Both the position numbers and the translations under genes were made by a program. The notes under the pieces were generated by a model that saw only the letters and a list, made by a program, of their open reading frames with translations, searched no databases and had not been told where the DNA came from. From a virus (taxonomy: Duplodnaviria > Caudoviricetes): a DNA stretch of 25,136 nucleotides. Numbering within the stretch: position 1 is the stretch's first letter; every line of letters starts with the position of its first letter. Location: positions 1 through 25,136 of the IMG/VR virus record IMGVR_UViG_3300031694_000042; one strand, 5' to 3'. Positions 1 to 7,940 of the stretch are shown in pieces.

Positions 1-350
1 CCACTCAATGAGACATACTCAGTGACTGTATTCTTAAAGTCTAGGAACAAGATGCTGAAGCCTGTTGTGACATCGACTGGGACTACTGTATTAAATCCTA
101 ATAGAGGCGCTAATAGTATGAACATAGCCATGCTCATGAAAGAGATCACTAAGAAACGTCTGATCCATTGGGCATTAGGGCTCTGGTGTGCTCGTGCTGC
201 TGATACACTGCCTTCAGAGGCTTCAAATCGAGTCATAAGCTGCTTCTGTTGTTCAGCCTTATCAGCCTGTGACTGTGACCACATCTTCATTACAGCTCCT
301 CCTGCCGTGCTTGCCAGCATGGTAATGGCTTCCATCGGTAATCCAAACAT
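1..350 (-). CDS. Putative holin-like membrane protein (partial, runs off window start; not in ORF track)
   Basis: Manual translation from ATG at 350 gives MFGLPMEAITMLASTAGGAVMKMWSQSQADKAEQQKQL...WIRRFLVISFMSMAMFILLAPLLGF..., open to the window edge. It has hydrophobic segments and starts 1 nt after the stop of the upstream Zn-ribbon gene. Confidence 0.6.
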   Translation of the reverse strand, partial: MFGLPMEAITMLASTAGGAVMKMWSQSQADKAEQQKQLMTRFEASEGSVSAARAHQSPNAQWIRRFLVISFMSMAMFILLAPLLGFNTVVPVDVTTGFSILFLDFKNTVTEYVSLS

Positions 351-351
351 A

Positions 352-603
352 CTACTGGCCCTCCGAATGATTTCTTTCTCGTTTTAGTTCCTGCTTCATT
401 TGCTTTGCTCTGTTACGCTCCCAAGTCATGTACGTACCAGCGAAGGCTGGGTCAGATGGATCTAGGGATACCTTTACAGGGACAATAATCATATGCGCAT
501 CAGCTCTACATACCTTACAACGCTTAGTCTCATTACGATCCTTCATGGGACATAGATGGTCAGTTACGTGGTCATCTTTACATTGGTAAGAGTAGATGGG
601 CAT
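352..603 (-). CDS. FmdB-family zinc-ribbon protein
   Basis: N-terminal MPIYSYQCxxxH...CxxC pattern typical of FmdB-like Zn ribbons; GGAG RBS upstream. Confidence 0.75.
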   Translation of the reverse strand: MPIYSYQCKDDHVTDHLCPMKDRNETKRCKVCRADAHMIIVPVKVSLDPSDPAFAGTYMTWERNRAKQMKQELKRERNHSEGQ

Positions 604-629
604 AGAATCTCCGTTAGTTTGAGGATATG

Positions 630-657
630 AAGAGAGCCCCTAAGTAGGAGCCCTCTT
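630..657 (-). terminator. Stem-loop after capsid gene (weak terminator or mRNA 3' stabiliser)
   Basis: Minus strand AAGAGGGCTCCT-actt-AGGGGCTCTCTT forms a 12-bp stem with two G-U pairs; no strong U-tract follows. Confidence 0.55.
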
Positions 658-677
658 ATTGGTTAACTACTTAGTGA

Positions 678-1538
678 TTAAGCAGTTGGTACAAGGAAGC
701 TTACGCCTGCATCGTCACGCAACTCTTTAACACCGTAGATAGTATCAGCAGTGAACAAGTCACCTAGATACTGCTGCTGGTATTGAGTCTGTGAACGAAC
801 GCCAGCTTGCTCAGCTAGTACTAGTGCGTCTTTGTGTAGCATTACGCCTACACGGTTAGAACCACTAACAGGACAAGCAGAAGAAACGAATACTTCTACG
901 CCGTATACATTACCGATCATGCCAGTCTTGATTGCACTACCGTCACCAACATATGCTTGCTCAGAGAAACGGTTAATGCCCAACAAGTCGCTCTTAGCAA
1001 CAGGTGGAATGATCAAAGAACGACCAGTCATTGGAACGTCAGCATCATCCAAAGTAAGCATAAACTTACGGATACCTGCATCAGTAATATCAGCAGTACT
1101 AGCACCACCGTCACCACCTAGTTGAGTACCGCCGTTTAAGGCAGAAACTAGAGCGAAGAGATCAGAATCTACTTGTGAAGCTAAGGCATAGCCAGCATCT
1201 TCAGTGTAGAAACGACGCATAGAGGACAATGCTTGCTTCTCTACAATATCTTCGATTAGAGTGGAATACTCATAGTGCTTGTCGATAGTAACAATTACTT
1301 CACCGTGAGTAGGGCCATTCAAGGTTACTTGGGTGTTTGCTGCTTTAGCGTTAGCTGAACCGCGGGTAGGCTTAGGAATGTGAATTGAATCACCTTTCTT
1401 ACCTACGTGGTTCATCTTGGTTACAAGGTTAGCTAGTACAAGGTTCTGCTTGTAGTTAGCGATTACTTCGTCAGACCATAATGCTGGGATGAACTTCGCA
1501 GCAGTTGTAGTCGTTGTGTTGTTAGTACCTAATGCCAT
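678..1538 (-). CDS. Major capsid protein (HK97 fold, P22-coat/T7-like podovirus type)
   Basis: FIPALWS, GKKGDSIHIP, GYALASQVD, G.IG.VYGVEVFVS and DTIYGVKELR motifs; follows the scaffold gene; AGGAG RBS. Confidence 0.92.
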   Translation of the reverse strand: MALGTNNTTTTTAAKFIPALWSDEVIANYKQNLVLANLVTKMNHVGKKGDSIHIPKPTRGSANAKAANTQVTLNGPTHGEVIVTIDKHYEYSTLIEDIVEKQALSSMRRFYTEDAGYALASQVDSDLFALVSALNGGTQLGGDGGASTADITDAGIRKFMLTLDDADVPMTGRSLIIPPVAKSDLLGINRFSEQAYVGDGSAIKTGMIGNVYGVEVFVSSACPVSGSNRVGVMLHKDALVLAEQAGVRSQTQYQQQYLGDLFTADTIYGVKELRDDAGVSFLVPTA

Positions 1539-1562
1539 GTTGATTAACTCCTAATAGTAATC

Positions 1563-2363
1563 TTATTTGACTCGACCTTCCGCGTACGCTTGATAGATCT
1601 CGTCTGCCAATGAATCGTAGCGGTTTGGGTCAGTTTGTTTTAAACGAATGAGGTCAGACCTACGGTAAATCTTCTTACCTCCAACGGAATCACCAGATGA
1701 CCTACTCTCTGCCTTGCCTGACTTAAGTGCTTGCGCCTTAGACTCTTTCTGGGCATTCTCTACTGCGTGTGTCTTGGTGATGAGCTTACGCTCTTTCCAA
1801 TTAGACAGTAGTTCATTTGCCGACTCAAAGTCATAGTTGTTTGCATCATTAAACATACGCTGGCGGATTTTACTCTGGGAAATCCATTCCTGAAACTCAG
1901 GTGACTGTACAGTCTGTTGAGCATCCGGATGTTGCTGTTCTAACTGCTGCATAGTAGCCTGTTGTTGGCTCTTTGCTGCTGCTAATTCAGCTTCCTTAAT
2001 CTTAGGGTGGTTATCTATTTCTCTTCGGATTGCCGCTTGTGGGTCTTCAAAGAAATCAGTCTCCTCTTCCGCTGATTGAGGGTTATTTTGTTGATTTGCC
2101 TGTAACTGAGACTTCAGAAATTCATCAGACAGTTTGCGGAGTTCTCCGATCTCTTGCCCCTTGCGACCTAACTCTTTTTCGAGTGCTGCATAGGAGTTAA
2201 CAATGTCTTCGACTGACTTACCCTGAAACTTACTGGGTACTTCATACTCTGCTACCTGTTCCTCTTCCTGTTCTGTGACTTCACCTGTGCCCTGTTCTAA
2301 GGAGGTGTAGTCTTCGTCGGTTTCGTTATCCTCAATAGGATCAACTACAATACTGTTTACCAT
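1563..2363 (-). CDS. Capsid scaffolding protein
   Basis: Acidic N-terminus, PSKFQGKS...Y..LEK.LG motif, coiled coil and C-terminal AYAEGRVK; lies between portal and capsid genes. Confidence 0.85.
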   Translation of the reverse strand: MVNSIVVDPIEDNETDEDYTSLEQGTGEVTEQEEEQVAEYEVPSKFQGKSVEDIVNSYAALEKELGRKGQEIGELRKLSDEFLKSQLQANQQNNPQSAEEETDFFEDPQAAIRREIDNHPKIKEAELAAAKSQQQATMQQLEQQHPDAQQTVQSPEFQEWISQSKIRQRMFNDANNYDFESANELLSNWKERKLITKTHAVENAQKESKAQALKSGKAESRSSGDSVGGKKIYRRSDLIRLKQTDPNRYDSLADEIYQAYAEGRVK

Positions 2364-2372
2364 AGTGGTGTT

Positions 2373-2398
2373 CTCCGTCTATACAATAGATTGTGGAG
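2373..2398 (-). promoter_or_regulatory. RBS-sequestering hairpin upstream of scaffold gene
   Basis: mRNA sense CTCC-acaa-TCTAT-tgt-ATAGA-c-GGAG; the paired GGAG is the Shine-Dalgarno, 9 nt before the ATG. Confidence 0.5.
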
Positions 2399-2417
2399 TT
2401 AATGAAATGACACAGGC

Positions 2418-2645
2418 CTAGTGTAGGTTGTCCGTGTCGATGAGTTTTGTCTGTTCTTCTAATGTAATTAGCATATGAAGAATAGTCAATTGCCCTTTGG
2501 TTGAGTAAAGGGACTTTTCATCGTCAATTGCCAATACGTTATTGAGAGAATCAGCCATCAGGGTTAGTTCTTCAACTAAATCCGTCCAGCCGTCTGTTTC
2601 AAATAACTTATAACGACAATCAAAGAATTCCTTATCATCCTTCAT
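2418..2645 (-). CDS. Small acidic hypothetical protein in head-assembly region
   Basis: 75-aa ORF overlapping the portal stop, lying between portal and scaffold. Confidence 0.75.
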   Translation of the reverse strand: MKDDKEFFDCRYKLFETDGWTDLVEELTLMADSLNNVLAIDDEKSLYSTKGQLTILHMLITLEEQTKLIDTDNLH

Positions 2646-4593
2646 TGCTTAGTGCCTTACGGGCCATAGCTAAGTTCAGGATAGTCTCTGATTCTAGATG
2701 TTTCATCTCAGGGATGTTACGTACTGTCTCAGATTGTAAATTCATCACTTCCATAGACTTCTTCTGTAGTTCAACTGACTTCTTCTGTAGGTCTAGGATA
2801 CGTTCTTGTGCATCTGTCTCTGTAGGGACGATTCCAGCGGCTTCAGCTTGCTTCTTATAGGCATCAGCTAGGGTCTCTTGTACCTTAGCGCCTACTAACT
2901 GTAAGTCTGCTTGTTTAGTAGCCATTTCCATCTGAATAGCTTGCTGTTGCATCTGCTGTTCTTCTGGTTTAGGCTGCATCTGCTGCTGTACTGCCTGCAT
3001 CATCTCTTCACGGTTGTTCAGACTAGAGTTCTCGAATACAGACAACAATAGTAGGTTAAACGCTTGGGATTCAGGGGGTAACATAGACATCAATTGGATG
3101 GTTTGAGTCATCTCTAACTCTTTAGCCATTATACCCATAGTTGAGTAAGGTGTAAACTTGTAATCTAGTACAGGATAACGCTCATCATCGAACTGCATCT
3201 TACGCCAAACAGCCTTTTCGATGAAAGGGATCATGAAATCAGACTGGAAGTTAGCTAATGTACGCTTCTGACGCTTAATAGAGGCTGCTTGGATCATGGA
3301 CATGCCAGAAGCAGTACCATTACGGGCATTAGCCTGTACACTCTGTGCAGAGTCCATAGCGCCTGTAGCCATTTGAACCATGCGTTCTAGTTCTGCAGAC
3401 TCTGTGAAGGTATGTGCTTGTAGATTACCGAAGTTAAACGGTTGTATGATAGATCTTGGATCACCGTTAGTAAGAATGGTCTTACCAGCCTTAACTTCTA
3501 GCTTAGTACCACGAGGCAGGCGTGTGGCATCCATAGCCATCATAGGGTGTGTAGTGAGTGCTAACGCATCTATACGTCCCCGTAGCTCTGCATCTAGTGC
3601 CTTCTGAGGGTTGTAGCCTTTCTCACATACACCTCGACCCCAGAACTTGTTAGGGACACGATCATGCTGATAAGCAATGAAAGGACGATCTCCCATCAAG
3701 TAAGGGTTCTCTTCAGCACGTAGTACCACTGAATCATTAGCTAGTGTAACTACAGCTTCTACTAGTTCATCAGTATCATAGTCAAAGACTTCACCTGAGT
3801 CCGCCCCTTTAGACAGATAACGCTTAGGGACTAAGCCCCAATACTCTGTGATCTTAACTTGATCATCTTCTGCACCACTGATGTTGCTCTCTGGATCAAA
3901 TCCAAAGTCGTGGACACCAATGCTCGCTGCACCTAGTGCAACATCACGATAAGTACCTGCTTCAATGCCCTTGACAACGTGGTAGCGGGGTTTTACAACC
4001 TCCTGCGCTACACCTAACGCTGAGTCAATAGACAAGGCCGCAGGATCAATTATGAATTCTTTAGGTGACACAGGCTCCAAAGGAGTGGTCATCATTTGTA
4101 CTTCTACTACTTCACGAGCTGTGGTAAGTGTGCCTTCTACCTTCTTATCTACCACTACACGCTCTGTCTTCTCGTCTACGAGGATCTTAGCGATACCCGT
4201 ACCGTAGATAGCAGCATTCAAGAACACCTCACAGATGGCCGATTTAGCACCATCACGCTCTAGGTCTTCTTGTAGTACTTTGCGTAGATAAGCGATGTCA
4301 GACGGATCTTCATCTAATACATCATCACGAATGTCGAACCACTTATCACGACCAAAGGTAGCTTCCTCTAATTCTGATACAGTCGCTTCTACAGCCTGTT
4401 GTAGGGCTGGGGAGATTAGACGGGAACTTTCAGACTCACGTAGTTTATCTGACTCTGCCCAAATACCACGCCATAGACGATAGTACTCATCCCATTTCTT
4501 TTGGTAGTTCTGATCACGGTGATCTTTCCAAGACTCTAACCGTTCAGACAACCACGAGGCTAGGCCTTTATATTGGTCTTCTTCATTCATCAT
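2635..4593 (-). CDS. Portal protein
   Basis: 652 aa directly after TerL; YGTGIAK and FWGRGV motifs; Q-rich coiled-coil C-terminus reminiscent of the P22 portal barrel. Confidence 0.9.
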   Translation of the reverse strand: MMNEEDQYKGLASWLSERLESWKDHRDQNYQKKWDEYYRLWRGIWAESDKLRESESSRLISPALQQAVEATVSELEEATFGRDKWFDIRDDVLDEDPSDIAYLRKVLQEDLERDGAKSAICEVFLNAAIYGTGIAKILVDEKTERVVVDKKVEGTLTTAREVVEVQMMTTPLEPVSPKEFIIDPAALSIDSALGVAQEVVKPRYHVVKGIEAGTYRDVALGAASIGVHDFGFDPESNISGAEDDQVKITEYWGLVPKRYLSKGADSGEVFDYDTDELVEAVVTLANDSVVLRAEENPYLMGDRPFIAYQHDRVPNKFWGRGVCEKGYNPQKALDAELRGRIDALALTTHPMMAMDATRLPRGTKLEVKAGKTILTNGDPRSIIQPFNFGNLQAHTFTESAELERMVQMATGAMDSAQSVQANARNGTASGMSMIQAASIKRQKRTLANFQSDFMIPFIEKAVWRKMQFDDERYPVLDYKFTPYSTMGIMAKELEMTQTIQLMSMLPPESQAFNLLLLSVFENSSLNNREEMMQAVQQQMQPKPEEQQMQQQAIQMEMATKQADLQLVGAKVQETLADAYKKQAEAAGIVPTETDAQERILDLQKKSVELQKKSMEVMNLQSETVRNIPEMKHLESETILNLAMARKALSNEG

Positions 4594-4597
4594 TTAA

Positions 4598-5857
4598 TTA
4601 ATATCCTGCTTCAATGTCTTGTGGTTCCCACTCTTCTATTTCGATAGAGTTGGCGAAGTCTGCTACTGATACTTGGTCTATATACGCTAAGGCATCTAAT
4701 AAGTCATCGTGTACTTGTGGGCTAGGGAATGACATCATTTGATCTTCAAAGTGCTTCCAATCTCTATCCTTATTGAATAGGATCTTACGGTGCTCCATAC
4801 GACCCTGAAGGGCCCATGTGATCCGATCTGTCTTCTTCTTACCACCATGTGTTACATCAGTGATTACTACCCACCTACCTTGTATCCTCATCTCATCTTC
4901 TAGATAAGGCATGATAGCATTCTTTAGGGCACCTGCTTCGATACCTACAGTAGCTGCTTCATGATCTACAGCAGAATCAAGTATAGCCTCTGCTGTCTTC
5001 TTGATGTTCCACCTACCGTGTAGGATGTCCTTTACCCACCACGTATCACCACATATCTTAACTATGGCGATTGCTGTTTCATCTAACTTAGAGCCTTTAG
5101 CTCCTCTGTCTTTAGAGGACTGCTCAAAGCCTGCAGGGTCAACAGCAATGACGTAGTGGCCGTAGTCAGGCTCATCACCCTTATGGAACCACTGCTCTTC
5201 AAATATACCACCAGAGAATGATTCAAATGACGCTTCAAACTCTTGACGGAATGCTTGTGTAGACATAGATCTACGAGCTACTTCAATCTCTTTGGGATCT
5301 ATTAGTGGATTATCAGTAGAGTTAAAGCTAAATGCTTCCCACTCATCGTCATCCTTTGCTGCTTCATATAGATCATAGAAGTGGTTACGTCCTTCTGGTG
5401 TGCCTATGAATAGGGCTTCACCTTTAACGTCAGCTAGGGTAGGTCGGATGATCTGCTCGAAGACCGAAGGCTTCATAAAGGCATACTCATCCATCACTAC
5501 GTAAGCTAGACCTACTCCTCGTAAGGTGTCAGGTCTGTCACTTCCCTTCAGGTAGATCTTACGATCATTGATTAGTGTTATTGTCGCTGTATTCTCGTGG
5601 GTAGACTTTATTACATCTCTACCCAAGTCCTTCAGCAGGGCCCAGAGTATATCTTTAGCTTGCTGGAAGGTAGGAGCTATATAGAAGATATCCTTCTTCT
5701 CAGACTGTAGACCTTTGATTAGAAGTATCCAAGCAGCTAAGTAGCTCTTACCGAATCGTCTACCACATGCTGCTACCTTGAATCTAGCTGGAGAATTAAA
5801 GATCTCCATTTGAGCAGGATGTAGCTTTACTTGTATATCACTCATCGTCTTCATCAT
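4598..5857 (-). CDS. terL: Terminase large subunit (start may be 5845)
   Basis: LHPAQ Q-motif, Walker A CGRRFGKS, Walker B VVMDE, GTPEG coupling motif, nuclease AVDPA and HDDLLDALAY. Confidence 0.95.
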   Translation of the reverse strand: MMKTMSDIQVKLHPAQMEIFNSPARFKVAACGRRFGKSYLAAWILLIKGLQSEKKDIFYIAPTFQQAKDILWALLKDLGRDVIKSTHENTATITLINDRKIYLKGSDRPDTLRGVGLAYVVMDEYAFMKPSVFEQIIRPTLADVKGEALFIGTPEGRNHFYDLYEAAKDDDEWEAFSFNSTDNPLIDPKEIEVARRSMSTQAFRQEFEASFESFSGGIFEEQWFHKGDEPDYGHYVIAVDPAGFEQSSKDRGAKGSKLDETAIAIVKICGDTWWVKDILHGRWNIKKTAEAILDSAVDHEAATVGIEAGALKNAIMPYLEDEMRIQGRWVVITDVTHGGKKKTDRITWALQGRMEHRKILFNKDRDWKHFEDQMMSFPSPQVHDDLLDALAYIDQVSVADFANSIEIEEWEPQDIEAGY

Positions 5858-6320
5858 CTAAGACAGATACTGATATAGCATCGTAAGCAGCACCGCTAGT
5901 CTTCTTCTCTCTAGCGATAGTCTTAGATAGTTCATGCTCTATCACCTGACCACCTACATCAGCAATGGCAGCTTGGGCTTGTGTACCAATCTGCTCTACT
6001 ACGATGTTGATAGACTGACCACCCTCATGTTTAATCTCAACATCTCTCTTAGGTGGTAGTATTCTATCTAGGCACATCTTCAAGCAGGTAGTATCTCCTT
6101 CCATTGCTAGTTGGATTACCTTCTCTACTATTTCAGGCCCTCTCTCAGACATTAATTCTCTAGAGAGTTGAGTGAATTTACCTACACTCCCTTTAGGCCT
6201 ACCGTGAGGATTAAGAGGAGGCATTCCTTTGTAGAGTAGTGGACTACCCTTATGCTTCTGCTTGGGCTTACCAGTTCGTGGACTGATCTCTACTTTCTCT
6301 ACTTCGGGTAATTCAGACAT
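5838..6320 (-). CDS. terS: Terminase small subunit (DUF5681-like)
   Basis: NPHGRPKGS motif followed by helical A.EGD...LK.CLDR.LP segment; immediately upstream of and overlapping terL. Confidence 0.8.
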   Translation of the reverse strand: MSELPEVEKVEISPRTGKPKQKHKGSPLLYKGMPPLNPHGRPKGSVGKFTQLSRELMSERGPEIVEKVIQLAMEGDTTCLKMCLDRILPPKRDVEIKHEGGQSINIVVEQIGTQAQAAIADVGGQVIEHELSKTIAREKKTSGAAYDAISVSVLDDEDDE

Positions 6321-6532
6321 AGACTGTATATAGACTCTTGGCCACCTAAGTGGGGATTCTAGTTAATATTATAATAAAGGTGGCGGATGTATAGACTACC
6401 CTTATTTACTTAGAGGTAGACACACTAAAGGATAGACATCCTATGAGTACTTAGGTTATTGCGTTAATGATCACTTTAGTGATATAGCTCTACCCGTTAT
6501 ACTTTACTTAAGAGTAGACATCAAGTGTTATA

Positions 6533-6565
6533 CTTTAAGTGTTAATCTTAATGTTAACTCTAAAG
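6533..6565 (-). repeat. 33-bp element, copy 1 (exact inverted copy of 10964-10996)
   Basis: CTTTAAGTGTTAATCTTAATGTTAACTCTAAAG is the exact reverse complement of 10964-10996. Confidence 0.95.
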
Positions 6566-6588
6566 AAGACCTAAGTAACTAAGGTACT

Positions 6589-6617
6589 ATTATAACATAT
6601 TCTAGCTTAGAAGTCAA
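6589..6617 (-). promoter_or_regulatory. Sigma70-type promoter for late (terS-first) operon
   Basis: Minus strand TTGACT-17 nt-TATAAT with extended -10 TG (TGtTATAAT). Confidence 0.85.
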
Positions 6618-6725
6618 TCTCTATCTGCACCAATGTCCCTAGAGCTACATCTAGTCTAGTTAATAGTTAGTACTCACTAACCTATATTACCCTTATTCCC
6701 CTAGTACCCCCTCCCTCCTATTCCT

Positions 6726-6774
6726 ATATTCCCTCTCATGTGCCCCTTTTCTCTCATATTCCCTCTCATGTGCC
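6726..6774 (+). repeat. 19-bp direct repeat in pyrimidine-rich tract
   Basis: ATATTCCCTCTCATGTGCC at 6726-6744 and 6756-6774. Confidence 0.9.
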
Positions 6775-6820
6775 TATGAGTCTATATACATTTTATTACT
6801 TATGCCATAAGGGGCCCCCC

Positions 6821-6980
6821 TGACCCGCCAGTCATTCCGTGACTCCAGACACTCTTTCAGTCACATTATGACTCCTGAGTCCACCTGAGTCACCTTATGA
6901 CTACACGGTCAGAGTGTGACCAGAGGGCTCTTGATAGTCACGGGCTGACTGATGAGTCACAAGTGGTGCTAGAGTTGACA
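6821..6980. repeat. Phased array of RGTCA-N5-TGACY palindromes
   Basis: Full palindromes start at 6830, 6859, 6888, 6907 and 6936; extra half-sites at 6821, 6878 (AGTCC), 6955 and 6976 (TGACA). Confidence 0.9.
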
Positions 6981-7200
6981 AGAGTAAGAGGGCGTGAGCG
7001 TGGTATTCTTAGGAATGGTTATTGAGTGTCGCATACTGGTATGGTTGGCGTGTATAGAACAGTAAGGTATGGCATAGGGTAGCAATAGCCTTGTGAGCTC
7101 CAACGTGCGCTTGTGTGGGCTTTAGGCTATAGGCTTATACATTGTATAGACTAACCATAGATCGTACAGTACAGGGCAAATGTCTCACCTAAGCAAGTAC

Positions 7201-7356
7201 GTGTCGTGTCTGAGTAAGTATTGTCTGGTTGTCTATGTTACTCGCATGCGTTCCTCTTTATGCGCTGGAGTGAATTAGGTGTAGTTTAGGTGGTGTCGTG
7301 TATTAGTTTGTATGTGTCGTGTTTAGGTACGTTTGGATTCATAGTGTCGGTATACT
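7201..7356 (+). promoter_or_regulatory. GTGTCGTGT repeats upstream of a putative early -10 box
   Basis: GTGTCGTGT at 7201, 7293 and 7314; GTGTCG at 7344; TATACT at 7351-7356; no canonical -35 at 17 nt. Confidence 0.45.
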
Positions 7357-7426
7357 TAACCCAACAACAACGCAAAGGGGCCATATGGGCGCTAATGCGA
7401 ACCATTATCAATAAGGATTACATATC

Positions 7427-7648
7427 ATGTTTGAAGATAACAACAGAGCCTATGCCAAGACCTACAGTGATAGCAGCCACGTTTGGCTAGATAGTGCTTA
7501 TGACTACGCCTTAGCCATGTTTCGTGCCGACTGTTCATTTGAGCAGCTATTGATTGAACGTCCTCATATGGCTAAATCTGAATGGGGAACCGATGTTGCA
7601 CTTGAGCTCGACTATATAACTAAATCAATGAAAGGCCCAGCACAATGA
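7427..7648 (+). CDS. Hypothetical early protein
   Basis: First plus-arm ORF; AAGGA RBS; ATGA overlap with next ORF. Confidence 0.7.
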   Translation: MFEDNNRAYAKTYSDSSHVWLDSAYDYALAMFRADCSFEQLLIERPHMAKSEWGTDVALELDYITKSMKGPAQ

Positions 7649-7854
7649 AAACATATACAAGAATCTTAACTAAACCAGCAGTACAAAACTTACTTAAGCT
7701 TATGCGCAGAGAAGAAGATCTAGAGGTGACAAAGGTCAATTCAGGATATGAGGTGGTCGATATCATGCGAGAAGATGAATTCGTATTCAAGGCCATGATA
7801 GGAACAATGGGATATCTATGCCGCATTAATGCAGCCTACTTACCCGAAGCTTAA
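7645..7854 (+). CDS. Hypothetical early protein
   Basis: Translationally coupled ORF, 69 aa. Confidence 0.7.
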   Translation: MKTYTRILTKPAVQNLLKLMRREEDLEVTKVNSGYEVVDIMREDEFVFKAMIGTMGYLCRINAAYLPEA

Positions 7855-7870
7855 CTCTAATCAAGTTAAC

Positions 7871-7898
7871 ATAGGGCCTTAAACAATAGGGCCTTAAA
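7871..7898 (+). repeat. 13-bp tandem repeat that can also fold as a hairpin
   Basis: ATAGGGCCTTAAA at 7871 and 7886; as RNA, UAGGGCCUU pairs with AGGGCCUUA using G-U pairs. Confidence 0.7.
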
Positions 7899-7940
7899 TT
7901 AAACTGATTAACCAACGCACGACTATAGGATACCAGCACC

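Noticed and set aside
22-387. Plus-strand 121-aa ORF
   Set aside because: Antisense shadow of the minus-strand holin-like gene.
678-720. T7-style capsid frameshift extension
   Set aside because: No slippery heptamer is evident near the stop, and a stem-loop and a separate gene follow.
832-4483. Plus-strand ORFs 832, 2645, 3380 and 4295
   Set aside because: Antisense to capsid and portal genes; no recognisable motifs.
6841-6958. GANTC cluster as CcrM/GcrA sites
   Set aside because: Only some half-sites form GANTC, the palindromic lattice explains the pattern better, and the host is unknown.
6821-6980. Mini-CRISPR array or T7-type GACTC promoters
   Set aside because: Repeats are 5-bp half-sites without 25-40 nt repeat/spacer structure. 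There is no full T7-type promoter consensus and no RNAP gene. The Cas4-like gene is a common stand-alone phage exonuclease.
6975-7009. TTGACA...TATTCT sigma70 promoter
   Set aside because: The spacer is 23 nt. TGgTATTCT could still act as an extended -10, but this is unsupported.
7290-7490. 66-aa GTG-start ORF
   Set aside because: Runs through the repeat/promoter region and overlaps the better-supported 7427 ORF.
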